Shown piece by piece: positions 11,636 to 20,678 of a stretch of DNA of 36,140 nucleotides; position 1 is the first letter of the stretch, and every line of letters starts with the position of its first letter. The position numbers and the translations under genes were made by a program. The notes under the pieces are model-generated. The model did no database searches and was not told where the DNA came from. It saw nothing but the letters and a program-made list of their open reading frames with translations. Origin of the DNA: Myxococcota bacterium (lineage in GTDB: Bacteria; Myxococcota_A; UBA796; GCA-2862545); assembly GCA_039208735.1 (NCBI GenBank), contig JBCCQY010000091.1, positions 1 to 36,140 on the forward strand. Reading direction: 5' to 3'.

Positions 11636-12553
11636 CTAGAGCTTGTCTTTTGCCAGTTTCGCGGCGTCAGACCCCTTGCAGCCTCGGTCGGTCGCACCCT
11701 TGTAGAAGGCCTTGGCGGCGCTCGGACCCTTGACCCGCTCGAACGACTCACCCATCCGATACATCGACCAGCATCGCCAATCCGACTTCGGATGGTTGTT
11801 GAGAACCTTGTTGAACTCCTTGATGGCGCCTTTGTAGTCGCCCTCGTTGAAGTAGGTCTCGGCGTGGCGATACCGAATCTCGGCCATTTCGTCGGCCCCC
11901 GGATGCGCATCGATCGCATCGGCCAGGATCGCACGAGCCACCGTCTGACGTCCGTCCTTCATGTGGCCAATCGCCAAGGCAAGTTTTTCTTTCGCGGTCG
12001 ACGCGGCCGAACCAGGCGTGTCGTCGGACGCGCTGTTCTTGCCCTTGCGCTTGGTCCCCCCCGACGACGGAGGAGGCGACGAACCATCGGCGGACGCGGT
12101 GCGCGTGTCGGTACCGTCCAAGCCAAGGTCAGCGTCCGTAGGCACGGGTGGCGGCTCGATCTTGAGGTACGACTCGACCTGCGCCAACCGCATCTCAGCG
12201 TGGAGCTGACGGCGCTCCGTCTCAAGCTGAAAGTCCGCCAGCGACTGCTTGACCTCGGCCGACTCGAACTGCAGGACCTCGATCGCTCCGCGCAGTCGGG
12301 CGACCTCGGCGTTCACCTGGTCGATGTTCTCGAGCCGTGTCTGTTCATCGCGGCCTTGGGTTCGAATGACCTCTTCGACCTGCTCGACTCGAAGCTCGGC
12401 CTCGACCAGCAGTGCCTCGAGCTGGGCCAGTCGCACCTGGGTAGTCGTGAGCTGTCGCGACACTTCCGCAGAAGGATCCGCAGCCTGTGCCGTTGAGAAC
12501 TGGACGGCGATGCCCCCCAACAGAAGAGTCGCCAACAATCCGATCGGCCTCAC
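11636..12553 (-). CDS. cpoB: Tol-Pal system protein CpoB/YbgF-like (coiled coil plus TPR)
   Basis: Signal peptide, coiled-coil (QVNAEVARLRGAIEVLQFE), TPR repeats (YRHAETYFNEGDYKGAIKEF); directly downstream of the pal-like gene. Confidence 0.82.
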   Translation of the reverse strand: MRPIGLLATLLLGGIAVQFSTAQAADPSAEVSRQLTTTQVRLAQLEALLVEAELRVEQVEEVIRTQGRDEQTRLENIDQVNAEVARLRGAIEVLQFESAEVKQSLADFQLETERRQLHAEMRLAQVESYLKIEPPPVPTDADLGLDGTDTRTASADGSSPPPSSGGTKRKGKNSASDDTPGSAASTAKEKLALAIGHMKDGRQTVARAILADAIDAHPGADEMAEIRYRHAETYFNEGDYKGAIKEFNKVLNNHPKSDWRCWSMYRMGESFERVKGPSAAKAFYKGATDRGCKGSDAAKLAKDKL

Positions 12554-12577
12554 GATTTCACCCCGCTCCGCCAGGAA

Positions 12578-13291
12578 TTACTCAGTGACAGAGATTTCGG
12601 CTCGGCGATTCTGGCTGAACGCCAGTTCGGTCTGGCCACGATTGACCGGACGCTCCTCGCCGTACGAGACCGTGGTAACACGGCTCGATGCCACCCCATT
12701 GCGGGTGAGGTACTTCTCGACAGTGTCGGCGCGACGTTGGCCGAGAGCCAGGTTGTAGTCGGTGGTGCCTCGAGCGTCGGCATGGCCAGCCACACGAACC
12801 TGCCCCACCATTTCCTGGAAGCAGGCCATCTCGCCGTCAAGCATGGTTCGCGCGTCCTTTCGAAGCCCCGATCGATCGAAGTCGAAATTGACGGTCATCT
12901 GGCGACACGAACCGTCGCTCGTCTTCACGGACAACCCACCCCGGAGCGTGGAACGCTCACCCGACGGGTTTTCGACCACCACGTCGTAGGAACCCAAGGG
13001 CAGGGCGGGGATCATAAGTTCGATCGTGTTGCCGCCGCTAACGCCAACCGATCCGCCAACCGCCTCGGTCGGTCCCACAAACTGGACGGTCGCCCCCATC
13101 TCAAAAGCACTGCCAAAGATCTTTCCCGCCACCGACTGGTCGGGCAAGACCGACGCGGGACTAATGGCGCTGACCTGTAGGGCCACCTCGACGGACTGCG
13201 GCGGTGCACTGGCCACATTGGGCGACTTTTTCGAACAACCCATCACCCCGGCGAGCGCGAGCGTCGCCATCGCAGCAAAACGTGCGGACAT
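12578..13291 (-). CDS. pal: Pal/OmpA-C lipoprotein with an inserted IPT/TIG-like domain
   Basis: Lipobox-like LAGVMG-C. C-terminal FDFDRS...GHADARGTTDYNLALGQRRA...SYGEERP...NRRAE is Pal-type. AGGAGG SD before ATG 13291. Confidence 0.82.
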   Translation of the reverse strand: MSARFAAMATLALAGVMGCSKKSPNVASAPPQSVEVALQVSAISPASVLPDQSVAGKIFGSAFEMGATVQFVGPTEAVGGSVGVSGGNTIELMIPALPLGSYDVVVENPSGERSTLRGGLSVKTSDGSCRQMTVNFDFDRSGLRKDARTMLDGEMACFQEMVGQVRVAGHADARGTTDYNLALGQRRADTVEKYLTRNGVASSRVTTVSYGEERPVNRGQTELAFSQNRRAEISVTE

Positions 13292-13367
13292 GCTGGCCTC
13301 CTGTAGGACTTCCAACCCGTCGTGGGCTGGCGTCCTCGGGTCAGGCGATTAAGGCCCAGGCCGTACC

Positions 13368-14666
13368 GTGTCAAACCCACCGCCCTGGCCTTTGTTTGCT
13401 GCTGTGACGGCCGCTTTTGGCGGTTCTGTCGTCACGGCGATGCTCTTACACCAGGCCGCAGATCGCAGTGAGGCCTCCATCGTCGTGGCCATCGCGATCC
13501 TCTGGGGCGCAGTGGTCGTGGGGTTACGCCGGCACCTCGAAGCCGGCTCGGAGTGGTGGCTCCTCGGAGCGGCCCTGCTCGTCCGTCTTTCCTTCGTGGG
13601 AACCCCTCCTCTACTGTCGGACGACCTCTATCGGTACGTGTTTGAAGGAAAAGCCCTATGGGCCGGTCACAACCCTCTCACGCAGGCCCCACAGACCCTT
13701 CCGGGGATCGACGATGAATTGTTGGCGCTGGTCAACCACCCCGAGGTCTCGACGGTCTACCCGCCCGTGGCGCTGCTGTGGTTCCGGCTGCTTGCGCTCT
13801 TCGGCACCGCATGGGGCGTGCAACTCGCAACGGCCCTCTTCGACACGTTGACCGTCTGGGGTGTTCGCAGCGCCACCCGCCACCACTGGCCAGCCTGGAT
13901 CTACGCCTTACATCCGCTGGTGATTCTCGAGGGAGCCCATGCCGGCCACCTGGATCTCGTTGCGGTGGGGTTTGCGGTTTGGGGAGTTGCTGCATTCCGC
14001 CACGGTCGATTCGCTTGGGCGGGGACCGCGCTGGTCGCGGGCGGCGGCGTGAAACTGTTGCCCTTTGCGTTTGTCCTACGGCCGGTTTTAGCCTTACGAC
14101 GCCGGTGGATCGTGATCTTAGGCTGGCTACTCGCGGGACTCGCGATCAGCGGTGTCTACCTGGAGGCCGGAATCGACGGCCTGACGGGGCTTCGGACCTA
14201 CGCGCGAGAGTGGTCCTTCAATCCACTGGCCTTCGCCCTCGTGGAACCATGGCTCGAAGAGTGGACCCGCCCCGTTCTGGTGGCCATCGGCGCCCTGGTC
14301 AGCCTGCGCGCCCTCCGCCACGAGGATCCGGCCCGGACGTGGCTAGAGATTGGACTCGCCTTCGTGGTCCTGTCCCCCACCGTACATCCCTGGTACCTGT
14401 TGTGGGCGATGGTACCCGGCTTGCTCCTCGAAGATCCACGAGGCGCGGCGGCCACCCTGGGGTACCTGCCCGCCTACACCATTCTCCTAAGTTTCGACCC
14501 CGCGACCGGGCAATGGACCGAGGCAGCCTGGCTGCCCTTTCTCACCTGGGTGCCAATGCTGGCGATCTACCTATTTACTCCCGCAGAGAGTACCCCGCGA
14601 CAATCGCATAGCCCCCCGCAAACAGCAGCAGGAACGGCAGCGACAGGTAGTCCCCTGCCCAAATGA
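13368..14666 (+). CDS. GT-C fold multi-pass membrane glycosyltransferase (GT87/DUF2029-like)
   Basis: LSDDLYRY..EG...GHNP, TVYPP, GHLD, VKLLP, VHPWY motifs with many TM segments. Confidence 0.85.
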   Translation: MSNPPPWPLFAAVTAAFGGSVVTAMLLHQAADRSEASIVVAIAILWGAVVVGLRRHLEAGSEWWLLGAALLVRLSFVGTPPLLSDDLYRYVFEGKALWAGHNPLTQAPQTLPGIDDELLALVNHPEVSTVYPPVALLWFRLLALFGTAWGVQLATALFDTLTVWGVRSATRHHWPAWIYALHPLVILEGAHAGHLDLVAVGFAVWGVAAFRHGRFAWAGTALVAGGGVKLLPFAFVLRPVLALRRRWIVILGWLLAGLAISGVYLEAGIDGLTGLRTYAREWSFNPLAFALVEPWLEEWTRPVLVAIGALVSLRALRHEDPARTWLEIGLAFVVLSPTVHPWYLLWAMVPGLLLEDPRGAAATLGYLPAYTILLSFDPATGQWTEAAWLPFLTWVPMLAIYLFTPAESTPRQSHSPPQTAAGTAATGSPLPK

Positions 14667-16005
14667 CATAGGCACAGGCGCCCAGCAGGTACATCGCCAT
14701 GAGGGCCTCGAGGCCCACCAAGCCATTTCGTGCCGCGCGGTACACCAAGGCGCCCGCCGCACCGCCGTACTTCGGCGTTCGAACGAACACCCCTACCTTG
14801 CCGAACATCCCTTCAAACACTGCTCGCGACTGCGAAATGGCCAGACCTACGCCTAGTGCGAGCACGCCTGGAAGTTGGGCCAAGCGGCGCCCTGGCTGCG
14901 GGGAGCGAGCGCCCATAATTGCTGCAGCATAAAAAAGGATGAACGGGACCATTGCGGTAGTGAAGAGCACAAGGTCCGCGGCGAGAAGAATGCCGACTTC
15001 CTCACCGCCCTGCAACCTCGCGACCACGGCCCACGGCAGAAGCAACGAAAGCACGACGACGAGTGGGTACGAGAAGTTTGCGCAAAGATGCCCGGTGGCC
15101 TCAAGCTTGAGTCGAAGCGGATGGTTGGACCGCCAGATCGTCCCCAGCAGCTTCTTGGCCGTCTGCACGGAACCCTTCGCCCATCGATGCTGCTGGCTTT
15201 TGAATGCCGTCATGGTTGGGGGCAGCTCGGCTGGGGCCACCACTTCAGGCAGGTAGACAAAACGCCAGCCTGCGAGCTGGGCCCGATAGGACAGATCGAG
15301 GTCTTCGGTGAGGGTGTCGTGTTGCCACCCGCCTCCTGCCTCAATCGCCTCACGACGCCACACGCCGGCCGTCCCATTGAAGTTGAACCAACGGCCTGAC
15401 AGATAGCGAGAACCCTGCTCGATCACGAAATGCCCATCCAGAAGCGTCGACTGGGCACGGGTGAGCCAGGAATCCTGGGCGTTGATGTGGCCCCAGCGGG
15501 TCTGCACGAGCCCAATGCCGTCCTGAAGGAGTACGGGGATGGTGCGCCGGAGGAAATCCGGCTGGGGCACGAAGTCGGCATCAAAGACCGCTACGAACTC
15601 ACCCTTCGCAACCTCCATTCCCTCATCGAGCGCGCCCGCTTTGAACCCCGTGCGGTCCGTCCGGTGGATGTAGACGATGTCGAGACCTTGCTCATGGAGT
15701 TCGTCAACCACGCCCTTGGCGATCTCGGTGGTGTCATCGATCGAGTCGTCAAGGACTTGGACGTGCAGCTTGTCGCGAGGATAGTCGAGCCGGCTCACGG
15801 CCTTCGCAAGGCGTTCGATGACGTAGCGCTCATTGAAGATCGGAAGTTGAACGGTGACCATCGGCCACTCATCAACGTCTGCGGGATGGTCGGGGCTCTT
15901 TTGCGAACGCCACTCCCAGATCATCCACAACCGATGCAGACCATTGAGCGATAGCAACGCCAGCAGGGCAACGTAGATGACGAGTACGGGCTCGTGCCAG
16001 TCCAT
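14575..16005 (-). CDS. GT2 cellulose-synthase-like membrane glycosyltransferase
   Basis: VQLPIFNE, DDS, GFKAGAL, DADF, TEDLDL and QQHRW (QxxRW) motifs, C-terminal TM helices. GGAGG SD before ATG 16005. Confidence 0.93.
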   Translation of the reverse strand: MDWHEPVLVIYVALLALLSLNGLHRLWMIWEWRSQKSPDHPADVDEWPMVTVQLPIFNERYVIERLAKAVSRLDYPRDKLHVQVLDDSIDDTTEIAKGVVDELHEQGLDIVYIHRTDRTGFKAGALDEGMEVAKGEFVAVFDADFVPQPDFLRRTIPVLLQDGIGLVQTRWGHINAQDSWLTRAQSTLLDGHFVIEQGSRYLSGRWFNFNGTAGVWRREAIEAGGGWQHDTLTEDLDLSYRAQLAGWRFVYLPEVVAPAELPPTMTAFKSQQHRWAKGSVQTAKKLLGTIWRSNHPLRLKLEATGHLCANFSYPLVVVLSLLLPWAVVARLQGGEEVGILLAADLVLFTTAMVPFILFYAAAIMGARSPQPGRRLAQLPGVLALGVGLAISQSRAVFEGMFGKVGVFVRTPKYGGAAGALVYRAARNGLVGLEALMAMYLLGACAYVIWAGDYLSLPFLLLFAGGYAIVAGYSLRE

Positions 16006-16108
16006 GGGTGGACCTCCGGACCGGCCTGGTACCATCCAGCGTCCGCCAAGGCACGTGGCCCATCGCGACGGCTCCGTTCATCGTTGGTCACGGACCGGCA
16101 TTGCGTGG

Positions 16109-16137
16109 TTGCCGAACGCCGATTCTGTGCGTACAGT
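16109..16137 (+). promoter_or_regulatory. Sigma70-type promoter of the 6S-like RNA
   Basis: TTGCCG (16109-14), 17-bp spacer, TACAGT (16132-37), directly before the structured RNA. Confidence 0.65.
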
Positions 16138-16143
16138 CTCAGC

Positions 16144-16325
16144 ATGCTTGGAGGCCCGTGATTGCGGGGCGTCTTTTAGTCCCCCTGGTACGTGTTGTTC
16201 GGACTTTGTCCCTCGCCGTGGAGCGCAGGCCCTTTTGTCAGGGAAGCCAGAAGCGGTGACCACGAGGCCCACCTGCTGACCGAAGCAGGGGGTTACGACG
16301 AACCCCACACGACCTCTCGGCACTC
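16144..16325 (+). ncRNA. ssrS: 6S RNA (SsrS)-like
   Basis: ~180-nt rod. The 5' arm TGCTTGGAGGCCCGTG..GGGGCGTC pairs with 3' GACGAACCCCACACGACCTCTCGGCA; CCCCCTG pairs with CAGGGGG; central bubble; apical stem CCTCG..CGTGG/CCACGAGG. Carries 6S-like motifs AGTCCCCCTG, GGGAAGCC, CCCACCTGCTGA and GGGTTAC, with its own promoter and terminator. Confidence 0.82.
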
Positions 16326-16357
16326 GACCCCCTTCCGTTGGAAGGGGGTCTTCTGTT
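16326..16357 (+). terminator. Intrinsic terminator of the 6S-like RNA (may also serve ftsZ)
   Basis: GACCCCCTTCC-GTT-GGAAGGGGGTC followed by TTCTGTT on the + strand. Confidence 0.75.
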
Positions 16358-17480
16358 ATCCGTCGAAGTGACCGAAGAACGTCGGAATATCGTAGTCTTC
16401 GTAGATCGGGTCGACGGCCTCGCGAAGCCGATTCCGTGGTTCGGGCTTGGGCGGTGGCGTCCGTGCGATGCGATCGATGGTCCGGCGCTCGGTCGACGAG
16501 GGGGTCAACAGATGCCGAGACTCCTCCAGGCCCGTGGCGATGACGGTGACTCGAGCCTCGTCCTGCATCGACTCATCGACCACCCAGCCCCAGATCACCT
16601 CGGCGTCCTCATGCGCCTCTTCCTGGATGAGGGAACTCGCCTCATGGATCTCGTACATCGTGAGGTTGGGGTTGCCCGTGATGTTGATGAGCAGGGAGCG
16701 TGCACCCACAATCGAGACATCGTCGAGCAACGGCGACCCAATCGCTTGGCGCGCGGCCTCGACGGTCTTGTGTTCGCCACGGCCTCGACCCACCCCCATC
16801 ATGGCTTTGCCCTGGCTCGCCATGATCGTGCGCACGTCGGCAAAGTCGACGTTGACCATGCCCTGGAAGTTCACGAGGTCACTGACCCCTTGAATGGCCT
16901 GCATCAGCACCTCGTCGGCCATGTGAAAGGCCTCTTTCATGGAGGTGCGTTCCGACGCCATGGCCACCAGGCGTTGGTTGGGAATGGAAATCAGCGTGTC
17001 CGCGTTCGACAGCAGCGCCTCAATCCCGTTGGCGGCCTGCTGACGGCGCTTCTTCCCCTCGAAGTTGAAGGGACGTGTCACCACAGCCACCGTCAGTGCG
17101 CCACAGTCCCTCGCGATCTGACAGATGATGGGCGCGGCACCCGTGCCCGTGCCGCCGCCCATGCCGGCCGTGACGAAGACCATTTCGGCGCCCATCACAA
17201 GTTCAGCAATGCGATCGCGGTCCTCGAGCGCGGCTTCTCGGCCCACTTCGGGATTCGCTCCTGCGCCCAACCCTTTGGTGAGCTGCTCCCCCAACTGGAA
17301 GCGACGAGGTGCAAGCGAGCGTCTGAGGTCTTGGGCGTCGGTGTTCATCGCGATGAGTTCGACGCCGGAAAGCCCAGCCCCAATCATCGTATTGATGGCG
17401 TTGCCTCCGCCTCCCCCGACCCCAATGACCTTGATGCGGGCGCGCGCGGGGACCTCTTCCTCGTCGGTGATCTCCATCAT
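16356..17480 (-). CDS. ftsZ: Cell division protein FtsZ
   Basis: [22 protein letters not shown] tubulin signature, NVDFADV, C-terminal DIPTF. Confidence 0.99.
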   Translation of the reverse strand: MMEITDEEEVPARARIKVIGVGGGGGNAINTMIGAGLSGVELIAMNTDAQDLRRSLAPRRFQLGEQLTKGLGAGANPEVGREAALEDRDRIAELVMGAEMVFVTAGMGGGTGTGAAPIICQIARDCGALTVAVVTRPFNFEGKKRRQQAANGIEALLSNADTLISIPNQRLVAMASERTSMKEAFHMADEVLMQAIQGVSDLVNFQGMVNVDFADVRTIMASQGKAMMGVGRGRGEHKTVEAARQAIGSPLLDDVSIVGARSLLINITGNPNLTMYEIHEASSLIQEEAHEDAEVIWGWVVDESMQDEARVTVIATGLEESRHLLTPSSTERRTIDRIARTPPPKPEPRNRLREAVDPIYEDYDIPTFFGHFDG

Positions 17481-18307
17481 CGCGGGAACCTCCGGGTACC
17501 CCGCTCGGGCACCACCTGGGCCACCGTGGTCGCGCGACGCGGCCGACGGAAGTGGTTGGCTACCGTGGGATAGCGAGTGGTGGTCGGTCGGACCAGTGCC
17601 ACCTGCTCTGGAGCCAGGTCGATGGTGACGCGCTGGTCGAGGTTGACGCCCATCGCCAGCACCTGGTCGAGTCGCCGCACCTGCCGCTCGGTACCATCCA
17701 AACCAAAGAGGAGCGTGGCTCCGCGCGTATGCACGACAAAGCCTACGTTCGGAGCGAACACCACCTCGGAAATCGCCTTGGTAGACACCACCTCTTCACG
17801 CTGTAGCACCGTCAGAATGTCCATCGCACGGCGGCGCGCGAGCTTGCCCAACTCAGGGTGGACGCGCTCGAGCGACCGTCCCATGTCGGTCAAGACCGGA
17901 TAATCCAGCACATCGGCTTTCAGGAACACCACTCCCTGATCGTCCACATACAGCCAGCGCTCCTGGTCGAGCAGGATTCCGGCAACATGCCTCTCCTGAA
18001 CTTGAATTTCGACCCGGTTGGGCCAAACGACGTTCACCTCCGCCGAACGCACCCACGGATGACGTTCCACGGCAGACTCGACCGCTTGCGCGGAGATGGA
18101 CCAGATGGGTACCCCACGATGAACATCCGCAAGGTGCCGAACCTCGATGGTTCGGGCGCGATCGGTGCCCTCGATCACCACATCGGTGACCCCGAGCAGA
18201 CCGGGTGTAAACGAGACAGGCGAGGGCAGCGAGGCTGCGGTGACCGCACCAATGGCGGCTAACGCGAGCCCCGCGCCTAGCAGGAAGGGTCGAAGCATCG
18301 GCATCAC
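17477..18307 (-). CDS. ftsQ: Cell division protein FtsQ/DivIB
   Basis: N-terminal TM, POTRA-like segment ([24 protein letters not shown]), C-terminal IDL; dcw position. Confidence 0.88.
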   Translation of the reverse strand: MMPMLRPFLLGAGLALAAIGAVTAASLPSPVSFTPGLLGVTDVVIEGTDRARTIEVRHLADVHRGVPIWSISAQAVESAVERHPWVRSAEVNVVWPNRVEIQVQERHVAGILLDQERWLYVDDQGVVFLKADVLDYPVLTDMGRSLERVHPELGKLARRRAMDILTVLQREEVVSTKAISEVVFAPNVGFVVHTRGATLLFGLDGTERQVRRLDQVLAMGVNLDQRVTIDLAPEQVALVRPTTTRYPTVANHFRRPRRATTVAQVVPERGTRRFPR

Positions 18308-18445
18308 TTCGGGACGGGAGGAAGGGAAAAAGCCAGGGGGAATGCGCTGAGAGTTCGCATCTCCCTCGTTTCGAAGTACCTGGCTCCCGAAGCGAGCCCC
18401 ATCCGATACGGCTACACGCCGGTTACATAGGAAACGAGTACAGTT

Positions 18446-19267
18446 TCACCGACCAGCGGAGATTCCGATCCAGCGCACGCGAGGCGCGAGGACCTCCCCC
18501 CGAACAACCTTCACGCGATCCACCATCGACCGAACGAGGAGCTGAACGTCCTCGGCGGTCGCTCCGCCGAGATTGACCACCATTTCTGGTGTTTCGCGAG
18601 GGATCGCGGCCCGACGCAATCGGACCATCGGCAAACGGGCGCTGCGGATCAGCTCGCGAAGGCCGTCGGACTGCGGCGCGCCAAACCAGGCCCCCGGGGG
18701 CACCGGCTCGGCTCGCGCGAGGATGCGGGAGGTCGCTTCACGCACTTCCTCCGTCGTAGAGGTCTCCAGGGTGAGCATCGCCCCCACCACCACGGCCGTC
18801 TTCTTGCCGCGAACATCGGCCAGATCAGCATCGACCACCTTGCCTCGGCGCCACACCTTGACGGTGTCGACGACGTCCTCCCATCCATCGTCGTGAACCA
18901 AAGCGGCCCCGAGCGACCCTGCCGTGCACGCAAATCGCTCGAGGCCGGTATGGCCCACCGCAGCCGCCCGTGCGACCATCGCGGGGACCGGCCTCGCAGC
19001 GCCGACCCAGTGAATCGAACCTCGAACCTCATGCCCCGCGAACCCCATTCCAAGCCGGAGGAGCGCGCCTCGGACGCCACCGGCTCGAGCCAACGTACGG
19101 GTTCCCGCCCCGAGCATCGACGGCCGCACGTTGCGCACTCGGCACCACGCCCATGCATCTCGTAGTCCCACTTCATCGTGGGCCACCAAGTAGGCCTCGC
19201 AGGGGCCCCCAAGTCGAATCGCAAGATGGCGCGCAAGCGGCTCGTTTTCGAGCAGCGTGAAGCTCAA
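18446..19267 (-). CDS. murB: MurB-like protein with degenerate catalytic motifs
   Basis: MurB scaffold (ENEPLARH..IRLGGP, GHTGLE, VNLGGATAEDV..L...V) after murC, but the GxGSN, MNAG, YRxS, GSxF, HANF and LExEV motifs are all altered. Confidence 0.8.
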   Translation of the reverse strand: MSFTLLENEPLARHLAIRLGGPCEAYLVAHDEVGLRDAWAWCRVRNVRPSMLGAGTRTLARAGGVRGALLRLGMGFAGHEVRGSIHWVGAARPVPAMVARAAAVGHTGLERFACTAGSLGAALVHDDGWEDVVDTVKVWRRGKVVDADLADVRGKKTAVVVGAMLTLETSTTEEVREATSRILARAEPVPPGAWFGAPQSDGLRELIRSARLPMVRLRRAAIPRETPEMVVNLGGATAEDVQLLVRSMVDRVKVVRGEVLAPRVRWIGISAGR

Positions 19268-20640
19268 GACAGGCGCTCGTTCAGCTCATGGACGACCCGG
19301 TTCACATTCCCCGCGCCGAGCGAAATGACGATGTCGCCCTCTCGCACTTCGCCCGCCAGTCCTTCGATCGCTGCCTCGAGCGACTCGATGGCACGCGTGC
19401 CTCGGTGCCCGCGATCTCGCATCTCGGCCGCCAGATGGTAATGATCAATGCCCTCGATCGGCGCTTCGCCCGCCGGGTAAACGGGGCAAATCCAAACCTC
19501 GGCCGCACGATTGAATGCCGAGCAGAACTCGGACCACAGGTTCTGGACCCGCGAGTAGCGGTGGGGCTGGAACACGGCGATGGTGCGCCGGGTGGGCCAA
19601 GCGGCCTCCGCCGCATGCAACGTGGCCTCGATTTCAACCGGGTGGTGGGCGTAATCATCTACAAGGATCACGTCCTTGGGTTCCCCCAGAACCGTGAACC
19701 GGCGTTGGACCCCGGTGAAGTTGTGAAGGCCCGCCTGCACCTTGTCGAAGGGAATCAACAGCTCCATAGCCGTTGCGATGGCTCCGGTCGCATTCTGAAC
19801 ATTGTGATATCCCGGCATTCCAAGAACGATTTCACCAAGCGGCCGGTCATGATAGAACAGCGTGAATCGGCTCGTCATCCCCTCGAAGGACGGAGGACCC
19901 GCGCGGAAATCGGCGTGTCGCGCAAAGCCGTAGGTCACGACGGGCCGCCGCACCCGTGGAATCAGCTCTTGCACCCTCGGATGATCGAGGCACAACACGG
20001 CAAAGCCGTAAAAAGGCACCCGATTCGCGAAGTCCGTGAACGAGGATTCGAGATTGCTGATCGAGCCGTGGTGGTCGAGGTGTTCGGGATCGATGTTGGT
20101 CACCACCGTCACCGTCGGCGACAACTCGTTGAACGTCCCGTCGGACTCGTCCGCTTCGGCCACCAAGTATTCACCTGCGCCAAGCTTCGCATTGGAGCCT
20201 CCGAGGCTATCGAGACGCCCGCCGATCACGACCGTCGGATCGAGCCCGCCGGCGGCCAAACAACTAGCCAGCATGGACGTCGTCGTGGTCTTGCCATGGG
20301 TGCCCGCCACCGCGATGCCGTACTTGAGACGCATCAGCTCCGCGAGCATCTCGGCCCGTCGAATGACCGGGATCTTGTTCAAGAGGGCGGCGTGGCACTC
20401 CGGATTGTCGAGCTTCACGGCCGTGGAACGCACGACAACATCGACCTCTCCCACGTGAGAGGGATCGTGGCCGATGAACACTTTCGCGCCAAGTTCCCGG
20501 AGCCGCTCCACGGTTGGCGACTCGCGAATATCGGAACCGCTCACCGAGAAGCCAAGGTTGATCAGCACCTCTGCGATGCCGCTCATCCCGATTCCACCGA
20601 TTCCGACGAAGTGAATGGCTTTGACCTTGCCGCGAAACAT
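19264..20640 (-). CDS. murC: UDP-N-acetylmuramate--L-alanine ligase
   Basis: IHFVGIGGIGMSG, GTHGKTTT, EADESDG, DDYAHHP, FQPHRYSR motifs; GGAGG SD. Confidence 0.98.
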   Translation of the reverse strand: MFRGKVKAIHFVGIGGIGMSGIAEVLINLGFSVSGSDIRESPTVERLRELGAKVFIGHDPSHVGEVDVVVRSTAVKLDNPECHAALLNKIPVIRRAEMLAELMRLKYGIAVAGTHGKTTTTSMLASCLAAGGLDPTVVIGGRLDSLGGSNAKLGAGEYLVAEADESDGTFNELSPTVTVVTNIDPEHLDHHGSISNLESSFTDFANRVPFYGFAVLCLDHPRVQELIPRVRRPVVTYGFARHADFRAGPPSFEGMTSRFTLFYHDRPLGEIVLGMPGYHNVQNATGAIATAMELLIPFDKVQAGLHNFTGVQRRFTVLGEPKDVILVDDYAHHPVEIEATLHAAEAAWPTRRTIAVFQPHRYSRVQNLWSEFCSAFNRAAEVWICPVYPAGEAPIEGIDHYHLAAEMRDRGHRGTRAIESLEAAIEGLAGEVREGDIVISLGAGNVNRVVHELNERLS

Positions 20641-20678
20641 GGGTGTCGTGCTCCTCCACGCCCCAAAGTAGCCGGGGA

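Noticed and set aside
18340..18380. GGAGA...AACTCTCAG resembling a glycine riboswitch, and CTGAGAG...GAA resembling a hammerhead core
   Set aside because: The glycine aptamer CCGAAG element is not in the required position and the hammerhead CUGANGA core is mismatched; kept only as a generic structured spacer.
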